A stretch of DNA of 64,000 nucleotides, from positions 36,610 through 100,609 of the forward strand of contig JAAOMT010000175.1 in NCBI GenBank assembly GCA_016748015.1. The letters are read 5' to 3'. This document shows positions 1 to 10,478 of the stretch, piece after piece. Below the pieces are notes generated by a model, which saw nothing but the letters and a program-made list of their open reading frames with translations, was not told the origin of the DNA and did no database searches. How positions within the stretch are numbered: the stretch's first letter is position 1; each line of letters starts with the position of its first letter. Origin of the DNA: Geosiphon pyriformis uo1 (taxonomy: Eukaryota > Fungi > Glomeromycota). The position numbers and the translations under genes were made by a program.

Positions 1-188
1 CGTAACTACATAAAGCAACTGGCACAGAATTGGCCATTCCACTCATAAGCCCAGCAAGTTCAAATTATAGGAGATAATTTGAAGATAAATTCAGTTACTG
101 GAGGTTCAACCACATCCAGAAAACGTGAATTCACAGCAAACAAGCATCAACAAAATTTAAGAAAAGAGACCAAAAACCTCCGGTAACA
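1..188 (+). mobile_element. 3' end of a Ty3/Gypsy LTR (family C), truncated by window edge; inserted into LINE ORF2
   Basis: Reverse complement of 55717-55905 and similar to 35819-36005; ends ...CCGGTAACA at 188. Confidence 0.9.
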
Positions 189-2268
189 CTGTAAAAATAG
201 AAATTAAGTTGCCTATGTCCTTATGCCAACATATAATATCATTCTGTTTTGCAGAATTGTTCATTCCTTTAATATTGCAAGTTGCAACTTTTCAAACTAG
301 AACATTTATTGAGAAGAGGGTTGGAGAAGCACACCACCAGCCAGAACCAGACCATCAAATTAGGCAGACAGACTCAGAACAAAAGCAGAAAGGCCCTTCA
401 GCATATTTTCTAACTTGATCACATAGGGGGACATAGATGAATCCAAAACTGTAGCAGCTTCACTACTAGTAGTTTCACTCGAGCCCACTTCTATCACTAT
501 ATCATTCTCCAGATTTTGTAAAGAGAGGATTACCAGCAGCTGACATCCAGGACTAGGCTGAGAAACTGCCAGTATGAGAAAGTCCAACCTCTTAGCCAAC
601 TCACCAATTTGTTCTGCGAGGCTGATAAAACTGCTTTTAATATTAACCAATCATATTTCCAAATCATTCACACCAGAAGGGAGAGGTTTATTATCATCAA
701 TAGAACCAAGAAAGAAGTGGGTACCACGAAAAGAACCCGTAAAAGAAATACCAACCACTGATGTTCAAGTCTTTCCACTGAAAGCCAGAGAACAAAAGAT
801 AGGTGCTGACTTTTTGTCATAAATCTTTGCCAATCTGAACTGGTCTTGGGCTGAAAGGGGGGCTTTCCTGCCTCTGAGAATTGACCCAACCTTAACCAAT
901 TTACAAGCAAGAGACATATGACCAGAATTCTTATATACTAAACACAAAGCCAACAAAAGACAAAACCAACAGAGACTAACTCTCTTTATAACAGATGTTG
1001 TAGCAATTGCATTATCCAAATCTAACTCAGATTCAAAACATACTATGACACAATAAACATGAGTATAATTGACAGGATTGTGATTAATAACACAGGTTTT
1101 CCCACCCATAAAACTAATGAAGTTCCACAGGTCATGAGCAGTCATTTCCATAGGGAGAGTAAAAAGTAATGCCCTGTAAATATCCCTGGCATCCCATGTT
1201 TGTTTGTCAATATCAGCTTTGGCCACATATACCGCATTTTTTTCAATAAGAATGGACCACTTAGACACCAAAAAATCAGCTTGAATCTGATCATCTAATT
1301 TGACAATTGCTTTCTGTCACAAACCCACTGATTGTATTTTGATTGCCTTAACCTTTCCAAATTCAGATACTGCAGTTCACACAGTTTCAACAGATGTTCT
1401 CATTGGAATTTTTTTTAGCACAATTGTCCAATTCATACAGTTGTTGATAGGATGCTTGAGATCAGTGTTTATCACAACACCATGATCATTTGCCAATTTT
1501 GCCACAGCCATTATTGCCTTTTTAGAGATAAAAGAAGCCTGGATGATTTCACCAAATTTTAAGGGGGTAGAAGCCCCCCCAAAACCATTTACACCAGAGA
1601 AAATTTTTTTGACATAAGCTAATTTTTCCTGAGATGACTTGTCAGCCACTACTCCAAGATTAATATTCAGAGCAAAAGATTTCCTGACCAAGACCTGCAC
1701 CGTATGTTTGAGAGAGAAAAGAGGAGGGAGAGAGATTGATCCATCTAAAATATCATCATTTTTCATGTCAAAGTTAATTGTGCCAAGAGGTTTTCCAAGA
1801 ATATGCTTAATAACAACTCTTTTGGGGTTTTTGGGCGTCATTTCAGTATCATTACCATTAGACTCTTCCATGCTTTCTTACTGGAAGCTGGTTTCTTTCA
1901 CCAAATACTCCTTTTCCATATTAACACTCTTGAACTCAGTAGTATCCTCACTTATACTCTCAACTGCATCATCAGAGGCACCACTAGCAGTAATATCAAC
2001 CACCTTGATAAGTTCTACCAATAAACCATCTTTGTGCTTCTTTCTAAAAAAAGAGTCAACCATAGCAGAACCAGACAGTAACTTCTTCTTGACTTCCTTC
2101 ATAACAGAAATGCCATCACTGACAGCAGCCTTGTATTTGAACAGAAAAAGTTGTGAAGTGTCTAACTGAATAGTAATAAAAAATAAAGACAGTAAAAAAA
2201 CTTCTCTTAACAAAAAAGTTCTCTTTCAGGAATTTGGGATGTAGGAAAGAAAGAAGTTTTTTTTTTTG
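189..2268 (-). mobile_element. LINE copy 1: 5' UTR, ORF1 and start of ORF2, cut at 188 by an LTR
   Basis: ORF1 peptides match LINE copy 2 (RKSFALNINL...GGASTPLKFGEIIQASF vs KKSFALNINF...RRATTPSKFEEIIQSTF); 189-312 reads V*KVATCNIKGMNNSAKQNDIICWHKD (APE endonuclease start). Confidence 0.85.
360..2130 (-). pseudogene. LINE ORF1 (RRM-like segments plus degenerate CCHC knuckle)
   Basis: ORF fragments 1878-2213, 1377-1871, 765-1271, 360-650; CLVYKNSGHMSLAC knuckle remnant. Confidence 0.8.
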
Positions 2269-2321
2269 TATTAATTTTATTTAACTTTTAAAATAAGTAT
2301 TAAAGGTATTTTATTATAAAA

Positions 2322-2354
<33 letters not shown>

Positions 2355-3880
2355 AATATTGATTAATTATTATCTGTTTTATAGAATTTTTTTATATTTT
2401 TTTATATTTATATAATTTTTTCTGAGTAAATTTTGGTTTTTTATACTAAAATTTTTTTGTTAATTGCTCTTCAAATTTAATTATTTTTTTTAATGTTTTA
2501 TATACTTCTGTAATTATAATTAAAACAGATAGAAATTTTTTAATTCTTTTTTTGAGTTATTAATTATATTAGTTTCAATTTAAGCATTAACTAAAACTAT
2601 ATTTACAATTTTATTATTATCAAAAATATTTTCAGTTGTTAATAATTTATTAACTGTTATAGTATAATCTTCGAAATTTTTGACCAATTCTTGTGTATTT
2701 GATGGTAAATTGTTAAATATATTTATAATAATTGATGTTTCGAATTTTTGAATTTCTAAATTATAAAAAAGAATATTTGTTTTTTACCAACAGTTTTGAA
2801 TTATATTACTTGAAATTATGATTAAACAACATAATTAATTACTTGTTTTATGTTTAATTTATTTCTAAAAAATAAATTAATATTAAATAAAATTATATAA
2901 TATATAATAATATTATTATTATATATATTATATTATTTAATTGTTTAATATTAATTTTTTGTTTAAATTGATGTAAAATATATTAATAATATAAGTACTT
3001 ACATTTGCTTTTAAAAAATTTGATAATATTAATATCTATTGATTAAAGATATTTGAAAAAAAATAATACAAAGTAATATTGGTTAATTGGAATAAATTTT
3101 CTTTAATTTAAATATAATAAGAATTTATATTATTAATCAAAAGTAATATATACCAATTTTGAATTTAAAAGCCTTTATTTATATATTTAAGCTATTTTTT
3201 TCATATATCTGAATACATTTATGCTTTGAAATTAAATTTGTTAATTACAGATAAGTTAAAAATATTAATTTCTTAGATTTTTTGTATATCTAATTATTAA
3301 AGATTATAATTTGTAAAATTAAATTTGTAACAAAAAAAAATATAATTCGAAATTTATTTTATAAAAAGCTCAATTAATTTAATATAATAATAATATATAA
3401 TAATAACAATTAGTAAATATAATATATCAATTTTTTTTTGTATTTTGATATTTTATAAGTATTTGATTTGGTCCTATATAAAAAAAATAATTATGTTTTA
3501 TTAGCATTATATATGTTAACAAAATTAATTTCGAATATAATAATTTTTAATTTTCTTTATTCTTTTAATAAACTTTTAATTGATACATTTTTTGTTTTAT
3601 CATAAAATTAGTAAATACATAACTGGTTTTGTTTTTTGAATTTTTGAACTCATCTATTTAAGAATTGTATTTTATTTTCATATATACTAAAAAGTTTGGC
3701 AATTTTTTTTTAATTAGTTAATTATTGAATTTAATAATAATTATAGTTACTTATTTTATTCAATAACTTAAAGCTTAATCTAATAATAAAAATTTAATGC
3801 TTTTATATTAAATGAATTTTTCTAAGATTTTATTAATTTCAATATTTAACTACTTTATATGTTCTTTAAAAATAAAAAAT
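2269..3880. other. Extremely AT-rich spacer between two divergently oriented LINE 5' ends; includes (ATT)n
   Basis: No ORFs; (ATT)n near 2325-2352; origin not recognisable. Confidence 0.6.
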
Positions 3881-3928
3881 AAAAAACTTTTTTTTCTTCT
3901 TCACTTATTAATTCTCTAAAGAATGCAT

Positions 3929-4775
3929 TGTTACTCATAAAAAGAAACAGATATAGCAGACCAATAAGAGAATAGTATTTAGCACATGAGCACATTGCTC
4001 AGCAATATAGAGCAATATCAGAAATCATGGCACATTGCTCAGCAATGTGGAGCAATGTCAGAAAACATGGCACATTGCTTAGCAATGTAGAGCAATATTA
4101 GAAAATTAGAGCACATTGCTCAGCAATATGAGCATTGCTCAAGAAATCATAGCACATTGCTCAGAAATAAGAGCAATCTCATAGAACATCAATTATGTAT
4201 ATATAGCAGTAGCATTAGAAGTAGAAAAAGCAGAATTCTGTAGTTAGAAATCTTCTATTTTCACAAATATTAAATAAATAAATTATTTACCATTCAAATC
4301 CACTCTTTATTATCAACACACCATGTTGATAGCAATTGATATTTAACCATACTAGAACAATAGCTCTTGATCACAGCTATTGACAAATACTAACTTGCAT
4401 ATTGTCTTGGCTTATTTCTTTATTTTATTTTCTTTATTTTTTTATTACTAACTCTATTGAGGATTAATGTGTGGAGTACTGACATCAGGATATAGCACTG
4501 GTAAAAGACCCAGGAATAAGAATAGGACACTTGATTGAGGATAGCTTACCAGGAAGAATACTGGCCATCAAGCTGAGAAAGAAATTAACAAAACTGTGGT
4601 TTTGGGAAGCTATTAATAAAACCATTGCAATTGAATTTCTGTTCATTATACAAAAGACTCAACCAAAACCTTCAGATAACAATATCTTCAGATATTCCCA
4701 ACAACATTATATTAATTGAGCACCAAGTTATGAGTTTGTTATTTGATTTGAGACCCCAAATAATCACTTGTAACA
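3929..4775 (+). repeat. 5' LTR of A
   Basis: TGTTAC...GTAACA; direct repeat of 20861-21608; CCAAT 3961, TATA ~4198, AATAAA ~4274. Confidence 0.95.
3988..4180 (+). repeat. U3 tandem array of ~39-bp units with palindromic core CACATTGCTCAGCAATGTG
   Basis: About 4-5 units here, about 2 in the 3' LTR. Confidence 0.85.
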
Positions 4776-4777
4776 TT

Positions 4778-4794
4778 TGGTGCTCCCTGTAAAG
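4778..4794 (+). promoter_or_regulatory. Primer binding site of A (probably tRNA-Ile UAU)
   Basis: TGGTGCTCCCTGTAAAG 2 nt after the LTR; complement ends GAGCACCA, as in eukaryotic tRNA-Ile(UAU). Confidence 0.75.
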
Positions 4795-4836
4795 TATAAT
4801 CTTACAGAAAACCAGCACCAACAACCTCATCCAAAA

Positions 4837-7000
4837 GTGGCAGAATCAGAAAGCATAGGAGCAAACCATCTAGGATTCACAAAATTCTTATTTCAACATT
4901 ATTGTCAACACCTAAGATTAAATTATAATCACATATCAGCAGAATTAGCCTTCAATTTCTATGTTAACAAGAGAATTGCATATTTGTTGAATACATTAGT
5001 AAATATTGAATCAGCAAGAGAAACTTTTTACAATGAATTAATTCAAAACACCAGCCTACCAACAAATCATAATTTCACATCCATCATTACTAAGATCAAC
5101 AAAAAAATAAAATATCATACACAGCAAAGATACCCAATTACTTACACAAGTAAAGGTAAAGAAAAACTACAAACACCAACAGTAATACCTCAAAGAATAC
5201 AACCACCTACTTGGAAGAAAACAAAGGTTGAATCACCAACCAACTCATTATACTATTATACATCTGAAAGTGCCATCAATATCTCATCAACAGGTGTGTC
5301 CACATCAAACATGACATCAGCATTTAGACAATTCCCATTTCAAAGCAAACAAAGGAAAGAAGACTTATTAGAACCATATGATACATATTTTGAAGGATTT
5401 AAATCATGATTGCCAATACCATCAGGATTTTGATCACTGCCACCTCAACCAGATTTCAAAACTATGAGTCCTTAAGAAGTCACAGAATTGGAAGGAGAAC
5501 AGGAAGAAGAAGAAGAAGAAGAAGAAGAAGAAGAATCTGAGGATCAGAAATTTACTTACCAAAATCCAATCCCAAAAAACCTGGAATTTAAAACTCCAAA
5601 CGTTCAAACTCTGAATTTTCAAGCTCAGCCAGATCAGAATGATCGAAACCCTGAGACAATTAATCAGCTGAACTTACCTTCAAATATTGTCATCAATCAA
5701 CCACACATTGATCCAATAGCACAACCACTACTACAGCAACTTATCCAGCAACCAATTCAACATCCACAACAACAGCTTTAACTACCAATACAACAACAAC
5801 CAATCATGCCAATGGCTTTTGCACCAATAGCAAAAATTGAGAAGTTCACAGGCAAAGAGGACGACGCCTAAGCATAGATTAATAATGTTGCCAAAGCCAT
5901 CACCATAAACAATTGGGATGACGCAAGAACAATGCAAGTTATCCCATATTTCCTAAAGGATACCACCGACTCATGGTATCATAGCTTGGCCCAGAAACCC
6001 CAAAACTTCAATGCATTTAAAATTGACTTCCTAAGATATTTCAGTGATAATAACAGCATCAACTGCCTGGCAAGTATTTTTACCACCATAAAACAAGAGG
6101 ACACAGAAGCAGTTACCACTTACTTAGGATGCTTCCACAGAAATCTGCACCAAATTCAAGCTATCCAAGCTGATTACTTTACAGCATCACAAATCTTAAA
6201 TCAGTTCATCAGAGGCTTACACAATAGCATTCTTCAACGAGTACATCCAATGCATCTGGTAGACCTTTCTACTGCAGTCACTTATGCTAGAGATTTTGAA
6301 GCTGCCGAGTTAGAAGCCAACTACGCCCAAGCTGTGAATCTAGTAATGAATAGATCATCTGACTTGGATTCTAAACTAAAACAATTCAGTGATTCCATTA
6401 ATCAGAAATTAGAGAAATACTTAACTGACAATTGCCCAATCTATTAACCTCCACAATGACACAATAATCAAGGAAATGCCAATCATTTCCAAAATTAGTC
6501 GTGTCTTTCAATGTCCTCCAATCAGCCATGGCAGCAAGAGACACATGTTTGCCACAACTGTGATAAACAAAAACACCTTAGAGCCAACTGCTGAGGGTAT
6601 AATAACTCATGATCAGGAAATCAATATAGAAACCTCGATGCCAATTTCAAATTCCAAATCAAGAACAATACCAACCTACTCACCTGCCCATGACGCAGCC
6701 ACCAATATATCAACCACAAATATATTAGGCTCCAGTTTATCAACCTCCAACAATCTATCAGCCACAGTTACCAACAATTTATCAACTGCAGCCACAAGTA
6801 ATTTATCAACCTCAACAAATTCAAACACCACCCCAAAACCCAGCTCAAATGACATCAGGAAATTCCAGACCCAGAATCACACAAAACTGGAGATCAGTGA
6901 TGGTTGTACACCAACCAATCCCCAGCTCCTCTCACCAACCCACTGGATTATGCTCACGGAATTCAGGTACCAGTTCCACCCAAAACCCAAATTCCAGCAC
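4837..7000 (+). pseudogene. gag: A gag: N-terminal helical extension, poly-E, capsid domain, CCHC knuckle, YQP-rich tail
   Basis: MAFAPIAKIEKFTGKED at 5812; YFLKDTTDSWYHSL; CHNCDKQKHLRANC at ~6550; (GAA)n 5503-5535. Confidence 0.85.
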
Positions 7001-7189
7001 TATTTAAGTCTCCTGGTTATTTCAGAAGACGTCACTTCTAACAACCTGGAACCAAATCAACCAGCAACACTTACCAACAACATCCCACCAGCAACCATTA
7101 CTGACAACAAATTCTTAGCCGCCATATTTCCTTTTAAACTTGAAGAAATCACAACAGTACCACTATTCAGTGGAGCTATCATAGAGGAA

Positions 7190-7575
7190 AAACCCATCAT
7201 GGTAATGTATACTGATACCAAAGTTGATGGTCAGTATATCAAACTGATCCTGGATAGTGGATTAGCTGGCAGCATCATCACTAAACAACTCATGGATCAA
7301 TTAGGTCACAAAGTTAACAAAGCTGCCAGCACAAGGATTATCACAGCCAATGAAGCAACCAAAACTCCTATTGGTAAGATTGACAACTTCCCTTTTGAAA
7401 TCAACGGCATCATAGTCCCTATCAAAGTTTTGGTGATGGAAGCCACTCAATACCAAGCACTAGTTGGTAATGACTGGCTCACCAAAACAAATGCCATCTT
7501 CAATTGGACCACTCAGAAGTTGCAACTTAGCCAAAATGGCCAATACACCCAAGTACCAGCAACATGTGGCCATTT
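7190..7575 (+). pseudogene. A aspartic protease
   Basis: KLILDSGLAGSII...ALVGNDWL. Confidence 0.9.
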
Positions 7576-7949
7576 CAAACCCAGTCACACACCAGCCCCA
7601 CTAATTGACTTGGAAGAAGAGAAGCCGAAACCCACCTAGAAAGCATACCAAGTGTCATGGGCCAATATCAATCATAATGAATTGCCATCAATACTCGCCT
7701 GGGACGACAATAATCAGGAAAAGGGAAAAAGAAAGGAAGAACTTATCTGGAACACTAACCAAGCCTGTGAAATCAGCAACGGTTAAGAAGACTCATCAAT
7801 CTGGAAGTGGGAGGAAAGCAATCAAGAAAAAGGGAAAGGAAATGAAGAAAACCAACTTAAAACCAACAAAACCACCAAAGCCAGCACTAGTGGCTGGGAA
7901 AAAATCTATTCAACTGACACTAAACCAGAGCCACCATGTATTTCTTTCA

Positions 7950-8575
7950 AGTGTAAAGACTGCAACAAGAAGTTGTTCTCAATGGGAGCTTGGGTTGCAC
8001 CAGACAAAGACTACTGGATGCACACCCATTACTATTGCAAACCATGCCACTGCAAACGCTACAGGTATCCAAAGAGACAAGACAAGTGGAACAATAAACC
8101 ATGTCTTGCTTGTGGAGAACAACTGCTTAATGAAGGGATGTGGAATGACATTTCTGGTTGAGAAAGAACATGTGATGCTTTGTGCCAGTACACAATCCTC
8201 ATCAGTGACTGGATGAGTCATGGAACACCCATTACAGCAGTCTGGCACTGAGCAATCTCTCGCTTAGAAGGTTATCCACACGATAAAGATGAAATCTGGT
8301 GAATGGCCAATGCCAAAGTAAAAAGCACTTTGTCCAGTGAAATTCTGGAGATCAAAAACAACTCTCTAGAACCAACAGACATTGTTTTGGTTCTCAACCC
8401 AGATGCTTTTCTCAACTTAGAAAACAGCCCAGAAGAATTCTATGAACACTATCAAAATCTAGCACCCACAAAAAAAAAGCAAGAGCAACATTTGGAGAAA
8501 ATCAATACCTGATTATGTGACCACTGTTTAATCCCATATGACTTCCAATTCTGTGATGATTGTGACCTCATTTAC
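7950..8575 (+). pseudogene. A Cys-rich (multi CxxC) domain of pol
   Basis: CKDC, CKPC, CLAC, CDALC, CDHC, CDDC. Confidence 0.75.
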
Positions 8576-9155
8576 AATTCACCACCACACATGATCTACA
8601 CAATTCCAGAAGAAGAAGAACCAATCAGCAGCTGCATATTGAAATCAGAATCAGTTTTCGATTCTGATTTAAACTCTGACAACGATGACGATAAAAACAC
8701 CAGTTCTAGCTCTATTCAATATAACAATAAAGATAATAGCAATTTGGACTCTGATTCAAACCCAGAAACATATATTACACTTCCTGATCTCACCAAGGAG
8801 CAGACCTTAAAATGATTCAGTGATAATAATAAAGGGATCAAGCCAGAATATGCACATGATACTAATACCAGGTTTGACTTGAGATATCCAGGGAAAGATG
8901 CCATCAAATTAGAGCCACATTCACACACCTGCATTGATCTGAAAATAGCATTGGAAATACCAGCAACAATTATGGTTCAACTAGCTTCCAGAAGTAGTTT
9001 AGCAAAAAGAGAAATTACTATAAGAGGAGGAATAATCAATGCAAGTTATGTAGAAAATATCATAACAATACTACAAAATGACTCAGAAAAGACCTATATT
9101 ATAGAACCAAATGAAAAAATAGCACAGGTAATATTTTTGTCTCTGGTTAGAATAG

Positions 9156-9811
9156 TGTTACAGATTGGAGTAACAAGCTAATGGATAGCAAAAGAAAACA
9201 GAATTGTAGGGTGATGGAAATAATCAAAGAAGAATTCAACTTTAAAGAGTAAATTGAATGAGTATGGATTTAATGTGCGAGATCAGTCTCATAAAATATC
9301 TCAGTCACTATTCTTTTCAAAGGTAACTGGGGAATCTGAAGGTAGAGGGATAGTCCGTACTGTCAACAATTAATCACTGTTGGTATAATTCTATGCCTTC
9401 ATATCAGTGCTCTTAGAATTCAATATCAGGTATTAACTTGTGCTTTTCAGTCATGTTTATTTAAATAGTCTTCAAATACTACAATTTATTTAAACAGAAA
9501 AAGGCCAACAAGTAATCTTTTATCCTAAGATGTTTAGATACTTGAAGGTAGAGAAAGGGAAATTAGCGATAAGAAAGTGATTGAGATGAAAGTTGTTATT
9601 TTTATTTATTTGATTCTTGTCTGAAAGATGATTTTCTACAGCTAAGAGACTTATCGCTTATATATCTATTGAAAGTGGTCAATGATCAGGTCAACGGTCA
9701 GATTATTGATCAGGTCAATGATCACTATCTAAAAATAGGGTGGCTAATTATATGACATTAGTGGCTAATACATATGATAACTAATAAAAACTATGGGTTT
9801 TAACCATAACA
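9156..9811 (-). repeat. 3' LTR of B (PPT at ~9812-9822)
   Basis: Direct repeat of 16155-16810; preceded on the minus strand by GGAGAGGATGA. Confidence 0.95.
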
Positions 9812-10437
9812 TCATCCTCTCCAAAGAGATTGAGCTCTGGCAAAATCAAACTATTTATGGAATATTCTAATTGAAAGGTTTTATCTAACTCAAAACTAAC
9901 TAGTTTGTTGAAGTTTTTTGTGAATAGAGTGTATAGTACTTGAGGCGAAATAAGCTTTGTATCCAAGAGACCAAATCTTTGTATAAGAGTTTTGGTTCTT
10001 CTTGCAATGGTCAAAACTCTTGGAACATTCAGACGTATAATGTCCAAAATTTCTACTTGTATCTCTGAAGTTGTTTTTTTTGTGAGCTTCATGTCTTTTA
10101 TGATTTTACCAAGGTGACCATAGAGCTCTAGTTGTCTTTCATATGACAAGTTTTTGTCTATGGGCAAGATTTCTTTAATTGTTTTTCCAATTGTGATGGA
10201 AGGTACAAGTATTGCTGCTGTTATGCTTTCCAACAGATACTTATCCATTTTGCTACCAATTTTTTCTCTTCTGGTAGTTGTTTTCTTTGGTTTGATAACA
10301 GTATAAGTTCCACTGTTGTCAGTTATTGTGATCTGTTTTCCAATAGTCAGAGTAGCATTTGGATAGTTTTTGATTCAATACTTATGGAAAATATAGAAAG
10401 TGTTTTGAATGTTTTGATCCAAAAAATAATTGTTCAT
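9781..10437 (-). pseudogene. B ORF3 (unknown function, one internal stop)
   Basis: ATG at 10437 in frame with ORF 9781-10248; runs through the PPT into the LTR. Confidence 0.75.
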
Positions 10438-10478
10438 GTCGATTGAAGATACCTCTGTTTTGGGAATGATGCATTTAT

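Noticed and set aside
3988-4180. Palindromic repeat array resembling CRISPR
   Set aside because: Units are tandem with no unique spacers, lie inside an LTR and recur in the sister LTR; no cas genes
6476-6990. S/T/N-rich mucin-like N-terminal part of ORF 6476-7639 (and ORF 59617-59952)
   Set aside because: Off-frame reading of the YQP-rich gag tail; comparison with F indicates 1-bp deletions in A
9781-10437. ORF3 as an env gene
   Set aside because: Too short; no signal peptide, fusion peptide or TM segment in any of the four copies
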